Assembly (NCBI GenBank): GCA_965218095.1
Contig: OZ244587.1
Coordinates: 5,792,001 to 5,856,000 of the forward strand
Reading direction: 5' to 3'
Source of the DNA: Candidatus Poribacteria bacterium
Lineage (GTDB): Bacteria; Poribacteria; WGA-4E; PCPOR2b
Length of the DNA stretch: 64,000 nucleotides
Below the pieces are notes generated by a model that ran no database searches, was not told where the DNA came from, and saw nothing but the letters and a program-made list of their open reading frames with translations. Shown piece by piece: positions 21,225 to 31,144 of this stretch (positions within the stretch are counted from its first letter, which is position 1; each line of letters begins with the position of its first letter). The translations under genes were made by a program, and so were the position numbers.

Positions 21225-21334
21225 AGGCGAAGTGCTATCAGCCTAAACGCCTTTTACGATTCGTGAACACTTTATCCAGCCAGGGAATTCGTTAACTCAT
21301 GAACCCCGAAACCTACTGACATCAGCAACCCCCC

Positions 21335-21979
21335 ATGAAAGGTAAACATCTGTTTAGGCGAGCCCAGCACTCAGATAACGGCTTTACGCTGATTGAGGTC
21401 ATGATTGTACTGGCATTAATCGCAATCCTTTCCTCAATCACCATGCCGTCTTTGCGTGGCTTTGCTGCATCAACTCGCTTGAAGTCGTCTGCCCATGCTG
21501 TCCGGGACATGCTCAATTTTGCACGGGACATGTCAATTACAGAGCGGACTGCTTACTTCGTCGTATTTGACTTTGATCAAAACCACTATTGGCTTGCCTC
21601 CAGCGAAACTTTCAATGTCGAAAACCCGTCTGCCTCCTCAATTACCAGTCCATCAAGCAGTTCCCTCCAAGCTGCATCTCTGCAAACAACGCCTTTACGC
21701 ACGAGTACGATTCTCGGTGTGTGGCAAGAATTCAGCCAAAATGTGAGTTTAGTGCGCATGATAACAAATCACAATTTGCGGACCGCTCAAGTGGACGCCG
21801 GCGTCGATTATATCTACTTTTCCTCAACCGGTTCTTCCGAAGATACAACTCTGTATATTCAGGATAGGCGGGGTAAAGTGATGTCCATAGCGGTTGCAAA
21901 CGCTACGGGACGAGTCCACCTTCAAGAACTCGACAGCCAGCAAAGCGAGGAATTAGGATTATCTGTTGGAAGCTCGTGA
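21335..21979 (+). CDS. gspH: Minor pseudopilin, GspH/FimT-like
   Basis: G|FTLIEVMIVL; located after gspG. Confidence 0.75.
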   Translation: MKGKHLFRRAQHSDNGFTLIEVMIVLALIAILSSITMPSLRGFAASTRLKSSAHAVRDMLNFARDMSITERTAYFVVFDFDQNHYWLASSETFNVENPSASSITSPSSSSLQAASLQTTPLRTSTILGVWQEFSQNVSLVRMITNHNLRTAQVDAGVDYIYFSSTGSSEDTTLYIQDRRGKVMSIAVANATGRVHLQELDSQQSEELGLSVGSS

Positions 21980-22449
21980 AGACTTCATATATGAACCCCT
22001 TGAATGACTTTATCTCACTTATTCGTAGGTCAGTAGACAACAAACGCGGCTTCACCCTGATCGAAATCGTCGTTGCGTTAGCGATTTTGTCGTTAGCTCT
22101 GCCGGCGTTACTGCGTGCCTTTACGGAAGCGGCGAAAGGACAAGCAATTTCAGAAAACAGGACAACTGCCTTATATCTTCTCAAATTCCGGATGGCGGAA
22201 ATCGGGCTTGAGGGGTATCCAGATATCGGTGAAGAAAATGGTGAATTCGGGGATAACTCGCGATTTCGTTGGCATTCAGAGATTCAAGATATCGAGTCAG
22301 AGGAGATTGAAAGACTCCGCCTTGTGACCGTTACCGTCACATGGCAAGAGACTGGGAAAGAGCGATCTATTTCAATGAACACCTATATTGCCGACCGCCA
22401 AAAGCAGACACAAGACGGTCAGCAGAGTTCAGACGGTAACCGCGGATGA
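21976..22449 (+). CDS. gspI: Minor pseudopilin GspI
   Basis: G|FTLIEIVVALAI, FRW...VTVTVTW; operon position. Confidence 0.75.
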   Translation: MKTSYMNPLNDFISLIRRSVDNKRGFTLIEIVVALAILSLALPALLRAFTEAAKGQAISENRTTALYLLKFRMAEIGLEGYPDIGEENGEFGDNSRFRWHSEIQDIESEEIERLRLVTVTVTWQETGKERSISMNTYIADRQKQTQDGQQSSDGNRG

Positions 22450-23456
22450 GACGAAGCGGCAAGCGGACAAGAAGGAGGAAAGGAAGAAGGGGGAGGATGG
22501 AAGGAAGGGAAGGATTGACTTCACGCTTTACGTTTCACGTTTCACATCTTACGCATCACGCCCCCGGTTTTACCCTGCTCGAACTGCTAGTTGCTGTCAG
22601 TATTATGATCATCATTGGAGGCGCCGCTTATACAACGTTCAATATGGCAATTGATGTTTACCAGAAATCTGAATCGCGGATTGTGATGAACCAGAAATGC
22701 CGAATCGCGTTAGATCGCGTTGCTACGGATTTGAGTAACTTACAAACGGTGCAAGGAGATGAATCCCTCATCATCGTGTCTCAGGATAATCCGGGCGAAG
22801 ATGGGGGCGAGCGGGACGTAATTAGCTTTGTGACATTAATTCATACGGACCCAGATCCGTTTCTTGCCCAACTGAACCTAAGTGGGCAAACGATGTTGAC
22901 GGATGAGGAGGAAAATCAGGCAGGGTTTGTAAGCGATGTTCAACGGGTCGCCTACTATATCGGGGAAGATCCGAGTCAGCAAGTTGAGTTTAGCGAAATC
23001 CCCGGTATTCGATCGAGGGAGGCAGACTCAGAAGTACGTGGGCCGATTTTGACAGACTCTGGCGAAGAAGTTCAGCATCCGGCACTTTTACGCCTCGCAA
23101 CAATAGCCCTCGATCCGGAAATCGTTATCCAGCCCATGCTTGAGTCAGGAATTCCTCCGACCGAGGACGAAGATGGCAATCCAATCCACATCAATATTGC
23201 CCCGATTATCGATCAGATTGTCTCCTTCGATGTGAAATATTTTGATGGCGAAAAATGGTATGACTCATGGGAGGACACTGAGACAATTCCGAAATCTGTT
23301 CAGGTTTGGATCACTGTCGCTGATGAAAATGGACAGAGACGTCAGAATACTCCCTCCGCAAGGTTGACCCAATCGACGATGATTTATCTACTAATGAGTG
23401 CGAATTTTAGCGAACAACCTCCCGGTGGCGGTCCAGCAGGAGTGCCGGGCGGTTGA
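22446..23456 (+). CDS. gspJ: Minor pseudopilin GspJ (start possibly 22497)
   Basis: G|FTLLELLVA; C-terminal YFDGEKWYDSW...PKSVQV. Confidence 0.78.
   Translation: MRRSGKRTRRRKGRRGRMEGREGLTSRFTFHVSHLTHHAPGFTLLELLVAVSIMIIIGGAAYTTFNMAIDVYQKSESRIVMNQKCRIALDRVATDLSNLQTVQGDESLIIVSQDNPGEDGGERDVISFVTLIHTDPDPFLAQLNLSGQTMLTDEEENQAGFVSDVQRVAYYIGEDPSQQVEFSEIPGIRSREADSEVRGPILTDSGEEVQHPALLRLATIALDPEIVIQPMLESGIPPTEDEDGNPIHINIAPIIDQIVSFDVKYFDGEKWYDSWEDTETIPKSVQVWITVADENGQRRQNTPSARLTQSTMIYLLMSANFSEQPPGGGPAGVPGG
22470..22560 (+). repeat. Purine-tract plus heptamer (TTTCACG-like) repeat in the gspJ leader
   Basis: GGAAGG-rich tract followed by TTCACG CTTTACG TTTCACG TTTCACA TCTTACG CATCACG. Confidence 0.75.
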
Positions 23457-23565
23457 GGAAATGGGGAGAATAAAGCTCGAAGAATGGAAGGAGGGAAAAA
23501 TGGAAGGGTTCATTTCAGGTATTACGTTTCACGCAATACGCAATACGCAATACGCAATACGCAAC
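23456..23565 (+). repeat. Purine-tract plus (TACGCAA)4 repeat in the gspK leader
   Basis: GAAGAATGGAAGG...TTACGTTTCACGCAATACGCAATACGCAATACGCAATACGCAA. Confidence 0.8.
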
Positions 23566-24966
23566 AGTGAACACGGACTATCCTTGATTTCCACTCTGTG
23601 GATTTTGACAATTCTCTCAGTGCTTGCAACCCAGTTTCTTTATTCGATCCGTCTCGAACAACGGATGCAGGCAAACTTTGCAGAGCGAACAAAGTACCAC
23701 TATGCGGCAAAGGCTGGATTTGAGCAAGTGATCGCGATGTTGCGGGGAGATGAAACTCCCTACGATGCGCTCGGCGAAGATTGGGCAAAGGAGATGGAGG
23801 AAGAGATTGAAGACGGCATCATGGTTGGAAACGCCCTGACGTACCGTGTCAACATCACTGACGAAGGCTCGAAGGTCAACATCAACACCGCAAATGAGAA
23901 CGTGATTCGTGGGCTATTGAGTCTAGTCGGCTACGAAGAGGGGGCAGTACCTACGGAGCAACCACTGGCTGAAGCGATTGAGCAGGAACGTCCATATCGC
24001 AGTGTGCGAGACCTGGCGAGAGTTGAGGGCATGACCCAAGAACTTCTCTATGGAGGGCGGGCAGCAGGTGCCAACATAGAGGTAGACGAAACAGAAGAGC
24101 AGCAAAACGTCCCCGGATTGATTGATCTGGTAACTGTCTATTCGATCGACAAAAACACCAATGCAAATGGCCAGCAGCGTGTGAACATTAACAGTGCAGA
24201 TGCCCAGCAGCTCACGCAGATCCAAGGGAACAACAATCAACCTGTTTTCTCTCAGGGGGAGGCAGATTCACTGATTCAACAGCGTTCATTCAATAGCATC
24301 GGGAAACTGCTCGATGCGCAGGCTGTTACGGATAAGGTTTTTAACAACATCCGCGATAGGACGAGCATAGACAGTGACAAGGAGAATCAAGATCTGGTCA
24401 ATATCAATACTGCCGACGCTGACAGATTGCAGACGCTGGATGGGATTGATCAGGGAATCGCCGATCGGATTATCGATCACCGCAACAATCAAGGCAACTT
24501 CCAAAACGTTGATCAACTCAAAGACGTGAAGTTGATTACAGAGGACGAGTTCAGAAGTATCGTTGATCAGATCACCACAACGGACGACACAACAATTAGT
24601 GGACTCATTAATATCAACACCGCGTCCCAAGAAACTCTGCAACTGCTGCCGGGTATGGACGAAGACAAAGCGCAAGCGATCATCACCCGTCGTGAATCGG
24701 AACCAAAAGATGAACAGCAGGCTCAAGCATTGGAAGAAGCTGGAGTCGAAGGAAATCCTTTTACCAACATCGGACAACTCCTCGATGTGGAAAGAATCGA
24801 TATAGAAACGTTTCAACAAATCGCCGGGCTTGTCACCTATCGGTCGAGTGGTTTTCTCATTGAATCAACTGGGGTTGACCCTGTTGGGAAAACGCTTGCC
24901 TCCTGTGTTGGTGCAATCGATCGCACCGGGGAGCAAGTTGCGATTAAATACTGGAAACAGGATTAG
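23461..24966 (+). CDS. gspK: GspK-like tip pseudopilin with four HhH/ComEA-like modules (start 23461 or 23500)
   Basis: G|LSLISTLW (no E5, as in GspK), DEGSKVNINTA, four NIN[T/S]A repeats, C-terminal YWKQD. Confidence 0.8.
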   Translation: MGRIKLEEWKEGKMEGFISGITFHAIRNTQYAIRNSEHGLSLISTLWILTILSVLATQFLYSIRLEQRMQANFAERTKYHYAAKAGFEQVIAMLRGDETPYDALGEDWAKEMEEEIEDGIMVGNALTYRVNITDEGSKVNINTANENVIRGLLSLVGYEEGAVPTEQPLAEAIEQERPYRSVRDLARVEGMTQELLYGGRAAGANIEVDETEEQQNVPGLIDLVTVYSIDKNTNANGQQRVNINSADAQQLTQIQGNNNQPVFSQGEADSLIQQRSFNSIGKLLDAQAVTDKVFNNIRDRTSIDSDKENQDLVNINTADADRLQTLDGIDQGIADRIIDHRNNQGNFQNVDQLKDVKLITEDEFRSIVDQITTTDDTTISGLININTASQETLQLLPGMDEDKAQAIITRRESEPKDEQQAQALEEAGVEGNPFTNIGQLLDVERIDIETFQQIAGLVTYRSSGFLIESTGVDPVGKTLASCVGAIDRTGEQVAIKYWKQD

Positions 24967-25004
24967 TTTGAAACCACGATTGAAGATCGGGGCTAGAGAC
25001 TGTT

Positions 25005-26006
25005 ATGGCAAAAGCACCGCGCAACCGAACAATAACACTGTCGGATCGGGAGAGAGAAAACTATCGGCAGCATTTATTAAAAATCTCCAGTCCTGTTTCA
25101 GTGGATGGGGTACTGAACAAAGTTATTAACCAAGATCTCTTTGATGTCCTCGATTTTCTCCCATCACGTTTTGTTGATCTCCTCTTTCTCGATCCACCGT
25201 ATAATTTGACAAAGCATTTCAATACCCGTTCTTTTCAGCAGATGCCTGTTGAGGGGTACATGGAATGGCTCGAATCTTGGCTCTCCAAAATGATTAGGCT
25301 GCTGAAGCCGAGGGCGTCAATCTACATCTGTGGAGACTGGCGGTCTTCTGCTGCGATTCATCTCGTTTGCGAAAAATATCTAATCGTCAGAAACCGGATC
25401 ACCTTTGAAAGGGAGAAAGGACGCAGGGCGAAGAAGGATTGGAAAAACAACTCTGAAGATATCTGGTTCTGCACCGTTTCAAACGATTACTATTTTGACT
25501 CAGAAGCGGTACAACTAAAGCGGCAAGTCATCGCGCCATATTGGGAAGATGGGGAACCGAAGGATTGGAAAGCAGAGGTGGATGGGAACTTTCGGCTAAC
25601 GGGGCCATCAAATATCTGGACAGATATAACGATTCCTTTTTGGTCAATGCCGGAAAATACGCCCCATCCGACGCAAAAGCCCGAAAAACTGCTGGCAAAG
25701 CTCATGCTCGCAAGTTCCAGAGAAGGAGACCTCGTTTTTGATCCCTTTGCCGGGAGTGGAACAGCCGGAGTTGCAGCGAAAAAATTAAAGCGAAATTTCG
25801 CTATGGTGGAGATTGATGAGGAATATTGCCTTTATGCCGAGAAAAGGTTGCAAACGGCTGAGACCAACAGAACAATCCAAGGGTACACCGATGGGGTTTT
25901 CTGGGAAAGAAACACGTTGCGAGATATGAAGATAAAGCGGCGTAAGAAACCAAATACTGAAGGGACATTAGAATTATTTACAAACATTGGGCAGGGTCAA
26001 AAGTGA
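25005..26006 (+). CDS. Beta-class amino (N6-A/N4-C) DNA methyltransferase
   Basis: Catalytic DPPY precedes HPTQKPEKL and SAM-binding DPFAGSGT. Confidence 0.9.
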   Translation: MAKAPRNRTITLSDRERENYRQHLLKISSPVSVDGVLNKVINQDLFDVLDFLPSRFVDLLFLDPPYNLTKHFNTRSFQQMPVEGYMEWLESWLSKMIRLLKPRASIYICGDWRSSAAIHLVCEKYLIVRNRITFEREKGRRAKKDWKNNSEDIWFCTVSNDYYFDSEAVQLKRQVIAPYWEDGEPKDWKAEVDGNFRLTGPSNIWTDITIPFWSMPENTPHPTQKPEKLLAKLMLASSREGDLVFDPFAGSGTAGVAAKKLKRNFAMVEIDEEYCLYAEKRLQTAETNRTIQGYTDGVFWERNTLRDMKIKRRKKPNTEGTLELFTNIGQGQK

Positions 26007-26671
26007 AGAGTCGAATTTTTCACACGCGTGTGTATGAGGAGATTGAAGGCAAAATTAAGGCGTTTCTCAACGGCTACCCTGACTTCCTCACTCCAGACAC
26101 GGTTGCAAGCACGAGAGCGACAGGGGACGCAATTCAGCATATTCTGGAAGAGAACTTTGCGCAAATCATTGGAGATTTTTCCAAAGAATATTCCGCGAAT
26201 TTTGCGCGAAGGGCGATGGCTGATTTAGCTTTTACGGATCAAGACGACTTGTATTATGTTGTAGATGTAAAAACTCATCGATTGGAAACGAAATTTAACA
26301 TGCCGAATCTCACTTCTGTAGAAAGGTTAGCACGCTTTTATGAAGATGATCAGAATTACTTTGTGCTGTTGATGATAGCCTATACCATATCCGGCGTTCG
26401 CATTAATGTGGAGAAAGCTCATTTTGTGCCAATTGAATTTTTATCTTGGGACTGCCTAACAATCGGTGCGTTAGGTTGGGGACAAATACAAATTGCCAAC
26501 GCAAGCAATATTGTTATAAACCAAGGATATTCCAGAAAAAAATGGATGCTAGCGTTATGCGACGTGTTAAGCGAATTCTATCCTCGCGAAATCGAGAAAG
26601 TAAAGGACAGAATCAATTACTTTAAGCGGGTAAGAGAGCGATGGAAAGAAAAAGCGGATATTTGGGAATAA
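26003..26671 (+). CDS. Probable type II restriction endonuclease (PD-(D/E)xK)
   Basis: ADLAF...VVDVKT motif; GTGA overlap with the MTase; visibly more AT-rich than the flanking genes. Confidence 0.7.
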   Translation: MKSRIFHTRVYEEIEGKIKAFLNGYPDFLTPDTVASTRATGDAIQHILEENFAQIIGDFSKEYSANFARRAMADLAFTDQDDLYYVVDVKTHRLETKFNMPNLTSVERLARFYEDDQNYFVLLMIAYTISGVRINVEKAHFVPIEFLSWDCLTIGALGWGQIQIANASNIVINQGYSRKKWMLALCDVLSEFYPREIEKVKDRINYFKRVRERWKEKADIWE

Positions 26672-26740
26672 CGACAAATCAGCACTTTCTCTTTTTAAGG
26701 GAAAAGATCCACCCATAAGTTTCACCCTATAGAGGGAAAC

Positions 26741-28648
26741 ATGGCAAAGAATCAAATCGTATCCATTGACATTGGAACGAACGCGATCAAGCTGGTACAA
26801 TTAGAACAAACCGCGTCAGGGATTCGCCTTGTGAGCGCAGGGGTTGAGGCATACCCCCGTCAAAGTGCGGTGGAAGAGATCGCAAATGAAACGATCTCCC
26901 GGACCTTGCAGCGTCTCTGGAAGAAGGTGCAAGGACGCAAGGTCCCAGTCGCGCTATCAATGCCTCGCCTGTTGGTTACCTCGCGTCGCTTAACCAACTT
27001 GCCAGCCGCTGCGACGGATGAACAACTCGACGGCTTGGTTACGATGCAAGCAGAAACAGAACTTCCCTTCAGGGTGGAAGAAGCAATCTACGATTACCAC
27101 GATGTGCGTCGTTCAGACAGCGGCGTGTCCATTGAGCTTATTGCTGCAAAGCGAGAGACTGTACAGCAACAAATCGACTATCTAAAGCCGCTGGGTATTG
27201 TGCCAAAAGCCGTGATCCCTTCGTCACTTGCAACCGGCGTGCTAGCCGGGATGCAACGACCAGGCCACGACAAAAATTCGTCGGACGGCATGACAATGGT
27301 TGTGGACATCGGCGCCGGGCGGACAGACCTGTGTCTAATGGCTGGAGATACGCCGTGTTTCTCACGCAGCTTTCCCATCGGTGGGAATCACTTGACATAT
27401 CTGTATCAAAGCGAAACGGGGGGTAACTATGAGTTTGCCGAGGGTCAGAAAATTACCAACGCGGCACTGGATCGACACTCTCAGAGTGCGGCGCCCACCT
27501 GCAAATGGGTGGATGGGCTTGTCTCAGAGTTGAGACGATCCATTGGCGGCGCAAAACGGGAACTTGATATCAATAGAGATACACTTGTCAGTGAAATCTG
27601 GCTTTGTGGCGGCGGTTCTCGGATTGCTGGGCTGGTAGATTATATCGCCGATCAGCTGCAGATTCCAGCCCGTCTTTGGAATCCGCTTGATGCATTCGAA
27701 GCGGTGGAGGACGAACAGCGATCCGACACCCAATCTGTTGACGGTTTCAGCAACACCTCCGGTCTTCAACCGGGGGTCTTCGATCTTGCAGTTGCATTGG
27801 GGCTCGGCGTCAATGCTTTGACTCATCAAATCTCCTTAGACCTCCTCCCGAAGGAAGAGAGAGCAAAGTTAACCCAGGCCGCACAGCGGAAGCGGACATT
27901 GACTGCCGTTGCTGCCGGAATAATTTTACTTGTGGGACTTGGGCTCAGTGGGTTGACATGGAGCAGAGCCCATCAGGTAAAAATTGCGGTCTTAGATCAA
28001 GAAATCAGAAACATCAGGCGAACTGAATCTAATGCCCGAAAAGCGTTAGTCAAAAACTTAGCCATCACTGATCTCTTGACGCCTCGCGTATCTCCGCTTG
28101 ATGTTTTGCGCGAATTGAGCCTGCGATTTGCCGATCGGACAAAAGTCGCTTGGAAAACGTTTAACATCAGCCGCCTTGATGACATTGAAAGGGCGAAAAT
28201 CACTTTTAATATCGAATCCAAATCGCATCAAGAAGTGAGTCAAATGATTAGTGGCATGGCGCAATCGGGCATATTTACGAACATCAAATCCGGACAGATC
28301 ACAAGTATTGAACGCAATAAAAAACCAATCTTTCAAGCACAAGTGACCTGTAATCTTGCGTCAGATGCTGCGCGAACCTTTGCCCAAACTCGCTATCTAA
28401 ACATGACCAGACCTCATCTAAATCGGGATGGAAAGCAGAAAGCAGACGAAACAGAAACAGAAAAAGTGTCGCAGGAGGACGGAAAATCGACAATCGACGC
28501 GCACGAATCATCAGATGAAACTTCCTTCGTCGAAGCTGAATCCCCTGAAGCCGATGCTGTCAAGGACGAATCTTCTGAAGTCAATGGTGTTGATGAGGGC
28601 GAATTTCCTGAATTCGATACTGAAGAAGATGATGAAGAGGAGAGGTAG
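26741..28648 (+). CDS. pilM: PilM-PilN fusion (GspL equivalent) with acidic tail
   Basis: Actin-like motifs SIDIGTNAIKLV, VVDIGAGRT, FPIGG, LCGGGSRI, followed by a TM helix and a PilN-like periplasmic domain. Confidence 0.8.
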   Translation: MAKNQIVSIDIGTNAIKLVQLEQTASGIRLVSAGVEAYPRQSAVEEIANETISRTLQRLWKKVQGRKVPVALSMPRLLVTSRRLTNLPAAATDEQLDGLVTMQAETELPFRVEEAIYDYHDVRRSDSGVSIELIAAKRETVQQQIDYLKPLGIVPKAVIPSSLATGVLAGMQRPGHDKNSSDGMTMVVDIGAGRTDLCLMAGDTPCFSRSFPIGGNHLTYLYQSETGGNYEFAEGQKITNAALDRHSQSAAPTCKWVDGLVSELRRSIGGAKRELDINRDTLVSEIWLCGGGSRIAGLVDYIADQLQIPARLWNPLDAFEAVEDEQRSDTQSVDGFSNTSGLQPGVFDLAVALGLGVNALTHQISLDLLPKEERAKLTQAAQRKRTLTAVAAGIILLVGLGLSGLTWSRAHQVKIAVLDQEIRNIRRTESNARKALVKNLAITDLLTPRVSPLDVLRELSLRFADRTKVAWKTFNISRLDDIERAKITFNIESKSHQEVSQMISGMAQSGIFTNIKSGQITSIERNKKPIFQAQVTCNLASDAARTFAQTRYLNMTRPHLNRDGKQKADETETEKVSQEDGKSTIDAHESSDETSFVEAESPEADAVKDESSEVNGVDEGEFPEFDTEEDDEEER

Positions 28649-28659
28649 GAAAGCAGACC

Positions 28660-30132
28660 GTGAGAAAACTCACACAACGTGAAAGAATCTTACTCGCTGC
28701 CGTTGCCGTTGTTGCTGTCGTGGCTTTGTTTATGGCTATAGAGCCCACAATTCGTCAAAGCTTTTCAAGCGGCGAACTTGCCGTTAAGCGCAAGCAACTT
28801 CAAACGGCGCAGGATCTTGTCCAACTTGCCCAAATCACCAAAAGCACCCAGGAAAAAGTTCATAATCGAGTCGGCTTACAGGGACGGATTATCTCCGATT
28901 CATTGTTTAAGGAGATTTCAAACCGTGTTGACTTAGAAGCGCTCAATCGAGCGCCTGGAGCATCAGCGCTGGCAGCCCTACACCCCGCGCTTGAGGCGAA
29001 AGCAGAGACGCTGCTGGCTTATAAGAAGCAGCACGACAAATTTGAGAACTTCAACGTGCTAAAAGAGATTCGCGGACCGATTTTTGAAGGGGAGCAACCG
29101 CAGGCAGTAATTTCGCGACAAATTTCAAACCTTGCGCAAAAAGCGGGACTCCGACCAAATTATCAACTCAATATTAAGCCAATGCCGGGCAAAAAATCTG
29201 AAAAGTTCTCGACTCAAGCGAAGAAAAATCTGGTGCGCTACCTCTATTTGGACGAGTTAGCGGATGAACTGCAACAGTTGCAGGCGCAGCAAAAGGCTGC
29301 TAAGGAAAAAGAGGAACGGAAACAGATTGAGGCTGAAGAAGCGGTGATGGAGGCAATGTACGAAGCATGGTGGGGGAATGATGATGGCGATGCAGAGAAT
29401 AGCGATGAAGGATACACAGCAGAAACCGAATCAGACGTAGAGTTGGTCAAAGGTGAAATCGCCGAACCATCAGATTCGGAAGCCGATCGGCAAGATACGC
29501 CATTGCCTCCTGAACGTGTGCGACAGCAATCGAATCGGCAAGTTTCGCCCTTACTAGAGGTCATCCCTTTAATCTTGCGGATACAACTCATCCAATTTAT
29601 TCAATTCAATCTGAACCAGCAAATAGCTGGGGCACTGGAATTTAGGGAAGGATTCCTTAAAGCTCAAATTGACACAGAGACCATCAAAGCGCAGAGTGGA
29701 TTTTTCGGCATCGGCACTAAAAAGAGGACGACGCGAGTCAAGTTCAAGCCCAACAGCGTTCTTCTATCAAAGTTCGAGACGTTAATCAACCGTTATGAAG
29801 ATGAACAGGCTTACGATATGCCAAACGGGAAGGCGAAAGGTATGCTCGATTATGATCAGCAACTTCGCGCCCTTACCCAATATGTTGATCAGACTCTGGA
29901 ATGGCAAGAGCAACTTCAAAGTTGGTTTGAAAAAGTCCCCTCAACATATCAGCCACAGGTTTACACCGTTGATATGAACTTTAATGCCGAAATCGGTAAA
30001 ATTGTTCGGCTGATTCAATCCATCGAATCAACCGTGAAATGGTTACAGGTCAGAGATCTGAGGATCTCCATAGCGGATAAGAACAAGACGGTTATCGGTG
30101 CAAATCTCTCAATGCTCGCAGAAATCCTGTGA
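28660..30132 (+). CDS. GspM/PilO-position protein, enlarged, with an inserted HhH-like segment
   Basis: N-terminal LTQRERILL plus TM (GspM-like); C-terminal 'LIQSIES...LQVRDLRIS' ferredoxin-like; operon position. Confidence 0.6.
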   Translation: MRKLTQRERILLAAVAVVAVVALFMAIEPTIRQSFSSGELAVKRKQLQTAQDLVQLAQITKSTQEKVHNRVGLQGRIISDSLFKEISNRVDLEALNRAPGASALAALHPALEAKAETLLAYKKQHDKFENFNVLKEIRGPIFEGEQPQAVISRQISNLAQKAGLRPNYQLNIKPMPGKKSEKFSTQAKKNLVRYLYLDELADELQQLQAQQKAAKEKEERKQIEAEEAVMEAMYEAWWGNDDGDAENSDEGYTAETESDVELVKGEIAEPSDSEADRQDTPLPPERVRQQSNRQVSPLLEVIPLILRIQLIQFIQFNLNQQIAGALEFREGFLKAQIDTETIKAQSGFFGIGTKKRTTRVKFKPNSVLLSKFETLINRYEDEQAYDMPNGKAKGMLDYDQQLRALTQYVDQTLEWQEQLQSWFEKVPSTYQPQVYTVDMNFNAEIGKIVRLIQSIESTVKWLQVRDLRISIADKNKTVIGANLSMLAEIL

Positions 30133-30186
30133 CAAATCGGTATGCAAAAATTCTGTTTTCGCAAAGCAGATGGGAAGGAAGAGGCA

Positions 30187-30984
30187 GTGAACAAACAACA
30201 ACAGGGGCTGTTGTTTCGCATCGCCCTTGCACTATTATTTGTTGGAATTTCGCCGGCAAACGGTGATTCTGATGCATTTGTGGGTAAACAATTTAAGGAT
30301 TTCGACCTCCTCCCCTTCGCGAAGAAAATGCTCGAAAAAGAAGGCATCACAGTAGCAGATTTGAAAAACGATCCGGAACTTCGTAGAAAATGGCTAAAGA
30401 AATTCCAGGATAGACAACGCAAAAAGGAAGAAGATGCGAATTCGAGCTCTGCTCCACAAAAAGATTTCTATACAGTTATCATTGACAATAACCTGTTTCG
30501 TCCACTCGGGTACAGGAAAGAACCGGGGCCACCATTTGAACTGATCGCTACCGTCGTTGATCATGCAACAAGCAAGAGCAGAGCGTTAATCCGAAGCAAT
30601 GCGGATGGGAAGATTTACTATGTCGGGGTCGGAGAAAACTTTGCTGGCGCCAAAGTTGAAAAGATCGAATCTCTCAAAGTGACGCTGTTGTATCACGGAG
30701 AATCGAAGGAATTTCGTGCTTCAGAACAGAACTTTCTCAGCGGTGGGGGCAGCAACAAAGAAAAACAGCCCTCGGAGGAAGGTGAAAAACCTGCCCCAAA
30801 ACCTGAGCGAAAGAAGTTCAGAGACGATTCCAATCGCGGTATGATAGAGAAGATGCGGGAAAAGTTATCCGCCGAGGAACGTGAGAAAATCCGGTATAAG
30901 ATGATGGAGGAACGACGCAGGCGTGCGAGCGAAGGTGAGCGCCGGGGTGATCGTGGGCGCTGGAGAGGCGGTCGAGATCGGTAG
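30187..30984 (+). CDS. GspC/PilP-like protein with Arg-rich tail
   Basis: TM, NLFRP, FELIATV...ALI...YYVGVGENFAGAKVEKIE (HR-domain-like); immediately upstream of the secretin. Confidence 0.6.
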   Translation: MNKQQQGLLFRIALALLFVGISPANGDSDAFVGKQFKDFDLLPFAKKMLEKEGITVADLKNDPELRRKWLKKFQDRQRKKEEDANSSSAPQKDFYTVIIDNNLFRPLGYRKEPGPPFELIATVVDHATSKSRALIRSNADGKIYYVGVGENFAGAKVEKIESLKVTLLYHGESKEFRASEQNFLSGGGSNKEKQPSEEGEKPAPKPERKKFRDDSNRGMIEKMREKLSAEEREKIRYKMMEERRRRASEGERRGDRGRWRGGRDR

Positions 30985-31144
30985 AACATGGTCAGGTATT
31001 ATACGCATGCAGGTTATCACCTTGTGATTTCCAAATCGGGATGGATCGAGTCATCACGGAACCTTGATTTATAGCCTCCATGATTAGATTCGGTCATACG
31101 TTTCACATGTTACATCAAAAATCACTTCCGTGCAGGAGTAAAAT

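Noticed and set aside
23520-23565. CRISPR array
   Set aside because: These are 7-nt tandem units without spacers, and there are no cas genes in the window.
25005-26671. Assigning a recognition sequence to the R-M pair
   Set aside because: This cannot be supported without a REBASE comparison or methylome data.
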